This document shows positions 50,904 to 59,699 of a stretch of DNA of 64,000 nucleotides, piece after piece. Position 1 is the stretch's first letter. The number at the start of each line of letters is the position of its first letter. The notes beneath the pieces are model-generated. The model did no database searches and was not told the DNA's origin. It saw nothing but the letters and a program-made list of their open reading frames with translations. A program made the translations under genes and the position numbers. This DNA is from an uncultured Chloroflexia bacterium (GTDB lineage: Bacteria > Chloroflexota > UBA6077 > JACCZL01), in the NCBI GenBank assembly GCA_963765765.1, contig CAVXYC010000020.1:320001-384000 (forward strand), given 5' to 3'.

Positions 50904-52316
50904 TCAGGATATCATGGCGGCTAGCGCCAGACGATCAGGCTTCGCCATGGCCGTCAGCGGCAATTCGTCCACGAATAGAAAACGATCGGGTACCGCATGC
51001 CCGGGCAGATGGTCAAGCGCCATTCGACGCAGGGTCGTAACGTCCGGCGTAACGTCCGGGCTCGTCGTGCAGACGGCCACCAGTTCCCTGCCTCTCGCCG
51101 TCGTCCCGCCTAGAACAATCACCGCACGCTCAATGGCGCCCAGTCGTTGCAGTGCGCGTTCGATATCCGCGAAGACCACCAGGAAACCATCCCGCTTGAC
51201 GCTATCGTCGAACCGACCGGCCAGGTGTAGCCGTCCTGTGGCGTCCACTCGACCCAGATCCATCGTGCGATACCAGCCGTCCCGGTAGAGTGATCGTGGC
51301 TTCCTAACTATCCCGTCTATATCGGCGTAGCCTGCACAACCGTACGGATGGTCAAAACGCAACGGGAAGGGCTCGTCTGCCAGCCGAGAGGCGCTAGGCG
51401 GCGCCAGCCTCAGACCTGGTAACGGAAGTTCCGGCCGTGTCTCGCCGCTCGAGAAAAGGGTCATCCGGGCTGCCGGCGGAAATGGCGCCCAATTCTGTCG
51501 AACCATACAAACTGACCGTACAACCATACCGTCGCTCATACTCAGCAAATGTGTATTCGTCGGTGGCATCGCCTGCTAGGACCGTGAGTCGGGTACGGTC
51601 TGGCCCTGCTTTCGCCCCTTCACTAGCAGAGCACAGAATGCAGGGGTGAGGAAGGCAACCGTGGGCTCGAATTCCGATTCGGCCCGGAGGTACTTCAGGA
51701 GGTTCGCCTCGGGTATCAGGCGAACCGACGCTCCGGCCAGCGCGGCCAGGGAGGAATGCCGCCCCAAATCCATACATGTGTGCCAGTGCAACGGGGATCA
51801 CGACCCGGTCCGACGCGTCCATTTTCAGGCGAGTCAGCAGTTGCGCGCGTTGCCCAGCAAAATTTCCGGCTTCATAAGCCACGATCTTCGGGCTTCCTGT
51901 TGTGCCCGATGTCCTGAGATAGACGTACGAAGGCGCCCCATCGCTCTCATGATGAGTTTCTTGTCCAATCTCCGGACGATCCGAAAATATGGCCGGCCAT
52001 CCCAGCTTGGGTGACGGCTTGGCCGTCGGTGTCGAGCAGAACTGTGCGGCAGAACGCTGGCAAGGCCCCGGGCACTACTTGACCGCTCTCGACGGAATCG
52101 GCCGCCGCCATAACAACACGGATTGCTCGCGGGAGAGGAGTGCAAGGAGAGCCGCCCCGCTACGAGCGTCGGTGCGAACGTGCAGTGCCACGCATTCGCC
52201 AGGCGAGACACCATTTTCGCTGAGCCATGCGTCCCACCGTGGCGCTGCGCCCGTACCTGTTCGTACGTAACGGCACCGTGCTCGTCCGAAATGTAGCCGT
52301 CGCCCGTAACCGCCAT
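50904..52316 (-). CDS. Class I adenylate-forming enzyme (acyl-CoA/ACP ligase), heavily frameshifted
   Basis: SG.TG.PK region near 51900, P.AHMYGFG, YGSTELG, WYRTMDLG..G.L..GR.DD..KRDG, LP.TAMAKPDR. Confidence 0.78.
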
Positions 52317-52547
52317 CCTTAGACTCTAAGATTTCTCGCCGGTGGTAGCGACGTCGTCCCCGCGTGGCCACCACCGGTCTGTCCTGGGGCTGGTCGCGAT
52401 CTTGCCCCTGATTGACTTGACCGCCGCTCGCTGCAGGCGCATCACACCGTGCTTCCGGCGAAGCGATATCGTCCGCTGGGGCTGCACGAGGCGGCACCGA
52501 TTTGCTCGTTTCAATGCTCCACGCTATTGAGAGATGAGAACTCCATG

Positions 52548-53341
52548 CTAGCAGGGCACCGTAACAGACCTGCTGCGGTCCTTCACCTCTTTCGTCATCC
52601 ATATGAGCTTTTTCTCTCCCAGGCCGACGATACGGGGTTTCTGACATCCGACCTCATTTCGCCAGAATTCCGTGTCCGCAAAGACGTCGATTACGAGAGG
52701 AAGATGACCATCCTAGAGTAGAGTGTGCCACCATTCATAAGCAGCGGATAGAGATACTTCAGGCAAGTGCGCGTTGAAGCAGCGAGGTCCACATCCATGT
52801 AATTGCTGCGATCGATTTGCGGAACCGGGCATGGTTTCTTCGAACCATCCAGGCACGAAACGGCACACCTCTGGACGGCCGAATCGTGCTACATTCGCCT
52901 TCACCTCGTCTATCGTTCCGCAGTATGAGCCCTTCGCAAATTTTTCCGGCCGACCGAAATGTTCCGGTCGTGCGGCTCGTTGTTGTACGGCAGGCCTTGG
53001 AAGGAATCGAAAACAACAAGCTCCCGACCAGCGAAGGCTGCCGCCAAACTAAACTTCGCGGTGCTCATCCCCTATAGGCTCCGGCCTCAACCACGACACC
53101 CGAACTGCTCGGTGGGAGAGAAAATCGTACGCATGAATACCAACATCTCCTCTTGTCGGTGAGGACTGTCGATGGCGAAGCTTGCCGCGTAGAGTTCCTT
53201 CACGATCCGCAGGCGGTCACTGAACGAAATGGACAGAGCGTGGTTGAGCACGAAGGCTGCGCAGGCCAGAAGGTCGCGCCGCTCTCGGATGGCGCGACGA
53301 ATACTGTAGGGCGGTCGGGTTAGGACGGCTTCTGCTGACAT
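52548..53341 (-). CDS. TylF/MycF-family O-methyltransferase, frameshifted
   Basis: VEAGAYRG.S, VFDSFQGLP, FVPGWFEETMP, MDVDLA.STRTCL.YLYP.L..GG. Confidence 0.8.
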
Positions 53342-53349
53342 ATCCTTGC

Positions 53350-53700
53350 TGGCGAACAGATACCGATCTCATCTCGGCAGACGTCGATGAACCCGGGCGG
53401 TCGACAACTGTTCGCTCAAACGCTGGCTCGTCTGGCAATGCTGCCCGTTGCAGTAACGGACCGCGGAGGCACAAATGCCGTCGGCAGTCGCTCCCCCCTC
53501 CGTCACGAAAGGCTTGGGTTGGGGAACCAGGGACGTGGGCGGAACCGTACTCCGAGTGTTTGCGGGAGTCAAGTGTTATGGCGCTCTCGTTGGCCAGGAC
53601 TTGCCTTGTCTCTGCGCGGCTGGCCTCCGCGGTCTTCGCCTTTTGGGCTCCTCTACGGTTCTGTAGCATGCCACTGCCCTGGCAAAGCCGCGACGCCGAG
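53350..53700 (-). pseudogene. Rhodanese-like domain, frameshifted or degenerate
   Basis: TLDSRKHSEY.SAHVPG, YCNG.HC..S.RL.EQL, GF.DV.R. Confidence 0.55.
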
Positions 53701-54227
53701 CATCACCATGGTGCTGGCCCCCAGTTCGCGATCTGCGCCAGCCCGAGCTTTAGGGCCAGTTCTCCAGCGTCCTGCACATCGATCGCCTACTCGCCATCGG
53801 CAATTCCTTACTCATGACCAGATCTGCATCGGAACGCCCATATTATGCTCCCCGCCCGCGCGCAATAGCCCACTTGCCCACTGAGTTGGGCCACACTGAT
53901 GCTTTCTTGGAAGAGTTTCTTTTCCTTCACGGTTCGGCGTTGAGGACAGTGCCTGTTTCACCAGAGCCGAACTCATAGGGTCTCTCGGTTGAGAGTGGCA
54001 TATGACGGTCGTATCGGTGGCTCTCGTTGCAGCTCTCATACATCAGTAGTCCGTGGAGTAGTCCGTGGCAGACCCGACTCCCGAAGTGCCGCCGCCCGGT
54101 TGGAATGAACAGCTTCTCGACGCTCCACTCGAGGGCGGCGAATGCCGCACCGTCTTCGCCGGTCTCGGAGCCTGGCATCGTCCGTCATCGGCACGGAAGC
54201 GGGCTACCTCATCCAGCCCCCCGCAGA

Positions 54228-54433
54228 TTCGTAGGCGAAATGGTGGGTCGACCTCCATGTCTTCCCGACCCAGTAGCGGGCGAACGCTTTCTTGATGTTT
54301 CCGAGCCATAGTCAGCATGTTCGAATTCTCTTGACCCGATCCAGAAGTTGGCCGGGAAAGGGTTCAGTGCCGAGGCTGCTGGCACGGTCATCGGTGACCC
54401 TAAGTGAGCCGCCTGGCGCCACCTGATGTAGTC
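54228..54433 (-). repeat. Inverted, diverged copy of 41732-41934 (HNH 5' part plus leader)
   Basis: Reverse complement starts GACTACATCAGGTGGCGCCAG and ends TCGCCTACGAA like the left copy; roughly 80% identical by eye. Confidence 0.85.
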
Positions 54434-54769
54434 CTTAGATTAGTGCTTGAGTGGTCTGCGTCGCGGTCAGATTAGCTGCTTCGACGGGAAACACGCCCGT
54501 CGCGTCAGCAGGGTAACTTGCGACGCTATCAATGTGCCGCAGCAGCAGGGCCGTGCCTGAATTTCGGAGCGCCACAATCGCTCGCGGACCGCTGGTCCCG
54601 ATCCCACTTAAGCAAAATCCACACTACGACACCCGCGACCGCAGCTCCCTCAGGGTTCTGCTGCGAAGTTCCACAGGATGTCACCCCTATCGGCTTCAGA
54701 ACGAATGGAGGTAACCGCAGCAAACGCGCTGCTCGCAGCACAGCTAACGGGCATTTGAACTGAAAATGA

Positions 54770-54845
54770 TGGCGCGCCCGGAGGGATTCGAACCCCCGAC
54801 ACCTGGTTCCGAAGACCAGTGCTCTATCCGCTGAGCTACGGGCGC
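54770..54845 (-). tRNA. tRNA-Arg (anticodon TCG)
   Basis: 76-nt cloverleaf, anticodon arm CTGGT-CTTCGGA-ACCAG, TTCGAAT loop, encoded CCA. Confidence 0.95.
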
Positions 54846-54905
54846 CTACGATGTCCCTTGTCGTTGCACGACGCGGCGCCCGCGTCCAGACTCAGGAGAG
54901 ATGCA

Positions 54906-54982
54906 TGGGGTGAGCGAGGGGATTCGAACCCCCGATCTTCAGGGCCACAACCTGACGCCTTAACCGCTAGGCCACGCCCACC
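54906..54982 (-). tRNA. tRNA-His (anticodon GTG)
   Basis: Cloverleaf, TCAGG-TTGTGGC-CCTGA arm, G-1:C73 pair, encoded CCA. Confidence 0.95.
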
Positions 54983-55023
54983 ATGCACTGACGCGCGGCG
55001 ATGATCGCCGCGCTCGGTCTAGA

Positions 55024-55053
55024 ATTATAGGCAGCCCGTCTACCTCCGTCCAA
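55024..55053 (-). promoter_or_regulatory. Sigma70-type promoter for tRNA-His/tRNA-Arg
   Basis: TTGGAC-N18-TATAAT about 40 nt upstream of tRNA-His. Confidence 0.6.
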
Positions 55054-55167
55054 CCCCTTGCCTGAATTCCACGAGTAGCTCCAATGAGGATGCTACTCCC
55101 TCAAGGTCCGGACGGAACGCCCATGGGCCACCATTCCATATGAACCACAATTTTTAACGGACACAGG

Positions 55168-55881
55168 ATGCGCTGCTCAATCGTCATTCGAGCCAAGAAC
55201 GAGGCCCAGTTTATCGGTGACACGTTGGCGGCGATCACTCAGCAGGAATTCTCCAGCGACCTGGAGATCATCGTTGTGGACTCTGGATCCACCGATGGAA
55301 CGATCGATATTGTCAAAACATTCCCGGCCACCCTGCTACAGATTCCACCTGAATCGTTCACGTACGGGCGAGCGTTGAATATCGGCATCGAGGCCTCCCA
55401 CGGCAGACATATCGTGAGCGTCAGCGCCCACACCCAGCCAATCGGAAAGCGCTGGTTGGAGTACCTCCTGGAGCCATTGGCCGATGAGCGGGTCTGCGGC
55501 AGCTATGGTCGCCAGATCCCTCGCCCTAATGCGACTCCTCTTGAAGTGTTCGGCATGCATTACACGGGGGTGGCCAGTGTCCACCGACGGGTGCAACGGT
55601 CGAATGCAATGTTCTCCAACGCGAATGGCGCTATCCGACGCGACCTATGGGAGACCGAGCGCTTCGACGAGCACGTCGCCGGAGCCGAGGACCTCGTCTG
55701 GACTCGGATCATGCTGAGGCGTGGTTATGAGATCGTCTTCGAGCCGCGTGCATGCGCCTATCATTCACACGGCGTCCCGCTTGGAAAGCACGCGAGGCAG
55801 ATTCTGCGCGATCTGCCGACCGTCGCTCGCTCGATGCTAGGCATAAGCGGCGCCGGCACTCACGCCCATGATTCCCGATAG
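55168..55881 (+). CDS. Glycosyltransferase family 2
   Basis: SIVIRAKNE, VDSGSTDGT, FSNAN, GAED..W, YHSH. Confidence 0.92.
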   Translation: MRCSIVIRAKNEAQFIGDTLAAITQQEFSSDLEIIVVDSGSTDGTIDIVKTFPATLLQIPPESFTYGRALNIGIEASHGRHIVSVSAHTQPIGKRWLEYLLEPLADERVCGSYGRQIPRPNATPLEVFGMHYTGVASVHRRVQRSNAMFSNANGAIRRDLWETERFDEHVAGAEDLVWTRIMLRRGYEIVFEPRACAYHSHGVPLGKHARQILRDLPTVARSMLGISGAGTHAHDSR

Positions 55882-55911
55882 ACAGCCCGTGACTTCGGAA
55901 AGCCCAGACTC

Positions 55912-57330
55912 ATGAATGCGACTGCACCGGGTCACTGGCGACCAACTCGCGATCTCATGATCTCTGCAGTGCTGGTTGGTGTTATCGCAGCGGGTATCCG
56001 CATCGCCTTCAATCCGCTGATCCCTCCGCTGCTGAACCCGGACAGTGAGGGCTATGTGCAGGCGGGGTGGAATCTGTTCCACGGGTCTGGCCTTGATCTC
56101 GGCTTACGGAGAACCCCAGGGTACGGAATGTTCATTGCGGCGGCCTTCGGTCTGCTGGGGGAGCGACTCACCTCCATCGTCGCGGCGCAACACGCTCTCG
56201 GTGTCATTAACGCCCTGCTCGCGTTGGCGCTTGGACGAATGGTCCTGGGCACCGTCGGTGGGCTGGTGATGGGAATCCTGACCGCGCTTTCCGGTCCCTT
56301 GTTGCTCTACGAGCATTTCGTCATGACAGAGATGCTCTCCACCACAGCCCTCCTCGTAGCGACAATTGCGATGCTTCATGCTTTAGCAGCGCGTACATTT
56401 GGCTGGGCGATGATCGCGGGTCTCTGCACGGGCGTGGCACTGCTTTGTCGGCCGGCCCTGCAAATCGTGATGTTTGTCGGCGTAGCTGGCTTCGCCATCA
56501 TGTTCTGGCGCTCTCCACGGCAACTGGCCCTCACCGCTGGAGCGTTCATCGTTGGCACGAGTGTCTTCATGCTTCCGTGGATGCTCAAAAACGTGGTGAT
56601 ATACGACGCGTTCACAATGGCTGGCTCCGGTCGTCATCTCCTATTCCGCCTGATCAGGTCAGATGCTGGGTTCAGCTTTGCTCGTCCGGAGGGTTTGACG
56701 ACGCCCGAGCCAGAGCCCATGGCGGGAGCCAGACGAATTCTGATGGAGCAGGCTGCCAAACATGACGGCAGCTCTAATTACCAGCGATTTCGCGAAGAGC
56801 TTGGCCTCAGCGAGGCTGAGACCAACAAGCTTCAGACGTCCCTCGCACTCGAGGCGATTCGACAGCAGCCCGTCTACTTCCTCATGGGCACGCTGGACAT
56901 CTTCGGTCGGGTATTCGTTGGCGAGCCGATAAACCTTCGCCGCGAAGGGTCCGATCTGTCAGAAGTCGATTGGGATAGGCCCATCCGCCATCTCGTGAAT
57001 CCGACGCCTCCCCGGGGAGACCGCAACACCGCACAACTATTGCTCAGCATCTGGGACCCCGGCCGCTGGGGCGCGCTCATCCCAGCAATCTTCACCATCG
57101 GCGTTCTCAGCGCAATGCTTCGGCGCTCGGGGCCGGTGCTCATGGTCGCGGTGATCGCACTGGCGCCGCAGGTTCTCGGAGCCGCCATGGCGGGTTACGC
57201 GCTGCGATTCCGCTACCCGTTTGACCCGCTCATTGCTATCGTGGCCTGGTACGGAATCTGGAGCGCCGTTGCCTTGCTTGCCGGCTTCTCGGCCGGGCGC
57301 TTTACTGGCGCACAGAGACAGCCCGCGTAG
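55912..57330 (+). CDS. Polytopic GT-C (ArnT/PMT-like) membrane glycosyltransferase
   Basis: PDS.GY loop, RTPGY, MTE, L.RP, PWM.KN, RFRYP; many TM segments. Confidence 0.78.
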   Translation: MNATAPGHWRPTRDLMISAVLVGVIAAGIRIAFNPLIPPLLNPDSEGYVQAGWNLFHGSGLDLGLRRTPGYGMFIAAAFGLLGERLTSIVAAQHALGVINALLALALGRMVLGTVGGLVMGILTALSGPLLLYEHFVMTEMLSTTALLVATIAMLHALAARTFGWAMIAGLCTGVALLCRPALQIVMFVGVAGFAIMFWRSPRQLALTAGAFIVGTSVFMLPWMLKNVVIYDAFTMAGSGRHLLFRLIRSDAGFSFARPEGLTTPEPEPMAGARRILMEQAAKHDGSSNYQRFREELGLSEAETNKLQTSLALEAIRQQPVYFLMGTLDIFGRVFVGEPINLRREGSDLSEVDWDRPIRHLVNPTPPRGDRNTAQLLLSIWDPGRWGALIPAIFTIGVLSAMLRRSGPVLMVAVIALAPQVLGAAMAGYALRFRYPFDPLIAIVAWYGIWSAVALLAGFSAGRFTGAQRQPA

Positions 57331-57403
57331 ATCACCTTGGTTAGCATGCCCACGTGCTAGACTCCTCGCCGCCCATACCACCGATATCCTGGAGGGCTCA
57401 CCC

Positions 57404-58552
57404 GTGACCACACACTCATCATCAGCAGAGCCGCGCCTTCCCGATCCGATTCGACAGCGATCCGAGTTCCTCAATTCTTATGTCGTGGCGGCTGAGGAAA
57501 AAGTGGCTGAGCCTTTTCGCGGCGTCACCGCGGACGGCAACGTCCTCCCGGGTCTCTACCCGATTCGCTCGACAGGTATTTCGACAGCGCCCATCCTGGC
57601 GGCTGCCCGCGCCTGGCTTGCTGCGCTAGGCCCCGAACAACGACAACAGGCCATGTTCTCGGTGGACCACGATCACTGGCGCCGCTGGAGCAACATCCAT
57701 CCGCCTCTTCTTCGCCATGGCGTGTGCTTGATGGAAGCCAGCGAGTCACAGCGCAAACTGGCATACGATCTGCTCGCCTCTGGTCTCAGCGTCGCCGGAC
57801 TTGATGCCGCGATGGGCGTTATGAGACTCAACGAGACCGTGGGCGAGATGACCGGCCGCTTCGACGAATACGGCGAGCAGCGATACTGGGTGAGTATCTT
57901 CGGTGAGCCGTCCGCAGACCAGCCCTGGGGTTGGCAGATTGATGGCCATCATCTCAATTTGAACTACTTCGTACTCGGAGACCAGGTAGTGCTGTCCCCG
58001 CTCTTTATGGGCTCCGAGCCCGTGATAGCGGCGGAAGGGAAGTACGTTGGCACGGCGGTCTTTCGCGCTGAGGAAGAGCGAGGCCTCGCCCTCATGCGAT
58101 CCTTAACGGATGATCAGCGAAATGCCGCAATCATCGGCGACGAGCTGCCGCACGACGTCTTCGGTACGGGGTTCCGTGACAATCTGATTCTGGAGCCTCA
58201 GGGCATCCTCTTCGATGACCTGAACGCCGACCAGCAATCTGGTCTTCGGGCCGTCATCGATACGTACGTCAATCGACTCCGCCCAGGTCATGCCGAGATT
58301 CGGATGGAGGAAGTCGTGGACCACGTCTCGGAGACACGCTTCGCATGGATCGGTGACGTGACCGACGACGGTGTCTTCTACTACCGCGTTCAGAGTCCCG
58401 TGATCCTGCTCGAATTCGACCATCAGCGCGGTGTCGCATTTCGCGGCACACCCGTTTCCAGAAACCACATCCACACCGTGATCCGAACGCCCAACGGAAA
58501 CGACTACGGCCGAGACCTGCTGCGGCAGCATTACGAGCGGTACAAACACTAG
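57404..58552 (+). CDS. DUF3500 domain protein
   Basis: W.NIH, FG.PS...PWGWQ.DGHHL, YYRVQSP...EFDH, HIH.V.RTPNGNDYG. Confidence 0.88.
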   Translation: MTTHSSSAEPRLPDPIRQRSEFLNSYVVAAEEKVAEPFRGVTADGNVLPGLYPIRSTGISTAPILAAARAWLAALGPEQRQQAMFSVDHDHWRRWSNIHPPLLRHGVCLMEASESQRKLAYDLLASGLSVAGLDAAMGVMRLNETVGEMTGRFDEYGEQRYWVSIFGEPSADQPWGWQIDGHHLNLNYFVLGDQVVLSPLFMGSEPVIAAEGKYVGTAVFRAEEERGLALMRSLTDDQRNAAIIGDELPHDVFGTGFRDNLILEPQGILFDDLNADQQSGLRAVIDTYVNRLRPGHAEIRMEEVVDHVSETRFAWIGDVTDDGVFYYRVQSPVILLEFDHQRGVAFRGTPVSRNHIHTVIRTPNGNDYGRDLLRQHYERYKH

Positions 58553-58621
58553 TCCTCAGTGATGAGTGAGAGACCCAGTCACTCCACTCATCACCCATCA
58601 CTCATCACTCGGAGTCCTTAC

Positions 58622-59674
58622 ATGCCAGATCGCATCAGACTCGGAATCATCGGCGCAGGCGGATTTACGAAGGGACGCGTCCTGCCCAACTTCCAGAAGC
58701 TCTCGGACGTAGACGTCGTGGTTGTTTGCAATCGCCACCTGGAAAGTGCTCAACAGGTTGCCGGTCAGTTCAACATCCCTGACGCCACCGATGACTATCG
58801 GGCGGTGCTGGAGCGTAGCGACGTGGACGCCGTCTTTATCGGCACTCCGCCCTACCTTCACAAGGAGGCCGTGCTAGGAGCCCTGGACACGGGCAAGCAC
58901 GTGCTCTGCCAGACTCGCATCGCGCTCACACCCGAGGAAGCTCACGAGATGCACGAGGCGGCACAGGCGGCCGCAAAACGCGGCGTCAAAGCCATGCTGG
59001 CACGCCCGGCGCCATACGCGCGCTACCAGAAATATCTGAGCCACATGATCCAATCCGGCCACTTCGGCGAGTTACGTCAAGTGATGGGGTACTGCATCTG
59101 GCCGAATTACGCGAAGCGCGACACGCCTCGGGATTACCGACAGACCCACGGCGTCTTCGGCCCATACAACGCGATGCAGCTGGGTCTCTACTGGGATGTC
59201 ATGTCTCCGTGGGTCGGGACGGCTCAGCGCGTTCTGGCGCACGGCCACACGTTCGTCACCGAACGCCCGGACGGCGTCGGCGGACCGCTGGCTCCAGTGG
59301 AGAAGCCGGACAGTATTACTGCCATTGCCGAGACCGACCGTGGCGTCGTTGCCTCGAACGTCCAGTGGTGGGCCGGCTTGTTTGGAACGAACCGTGTTGA
59401 GCTCTATGGCGAGGAAGCAACGGCAATCTACTACAACCAGGATGACCTATTGGTCGGGGCGCGAGCCGGCGATGCGAAGCTGGAGCCTATGAACGTCCCC
59501 ACCGAGTACGACGACCCCTGGCACGTAGAAGCGGACTTCGCGGCCCTAATTCGTGGAGATATCCAGGAAGCGCCGTTCACGTTCCTGGATGGTATCCGCA
59601 ACATGGAGTATCTGAAGGCCGTGAACGAATCTGTGAACGAGGGACGCTGGGTGGACGTTGGAGGAACTTCATGA
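58622..59674 (+). CDS. Gfo/Idh/MocA family oxidoreductase
   Basis: GIIGAG, D.VFIGTPPYLH, GKHVLCQ. Confidence 0.9.
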   Translation: MPDRIRLGIIGAGGFTKGRVLPNFQKLSDVDVVVVCNRHLESAQQVAGQFNIPDATDDYRAVLERSDVDAVFIGTPPYLHKEAVLGALDTGKHVLCQTRIALTPEEAHEMHEAAQAAAKRGVKAMLARPAPYARYQKYLSHMIQSGHFGELRQVMGYCIWPNYAKRDTPRDYRQTHGVFGPYNAMQLGLYWDVMSPWVGTAQRVLAHGHTFVTERPDGVGGPLAPVEKPDSITAIAETDRGVVASNVQWWAGLFGTNRVELYGEEATAIYYNQDDLLVGARAGDAKLEPMNVPTEYDDPWHVEADFAALIRGDIQEAPFTFLDGIRNMEYLKAVNESVNEGRWVDVGGTS

Positions 59675-59699
59675 GCTTCCCACGGCCTGATGATGAGCT

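Larger units (their letters stand above)
41358..54810. mobile_element. tRNA-Arg-integrated genomic island with phosphonate cluster; no integrase seen
   Basis: About 60-bp direct repeats at both ends, HNH relics near both ends, AT-richer cargo. Confidence 0.75.

Noticed and set aside
52326-52546. Small ORF between TylF and the ligase as RiPP precursor or PqqD
   Set aside because: No consistent frame or recognisable motif; cannot be supported.
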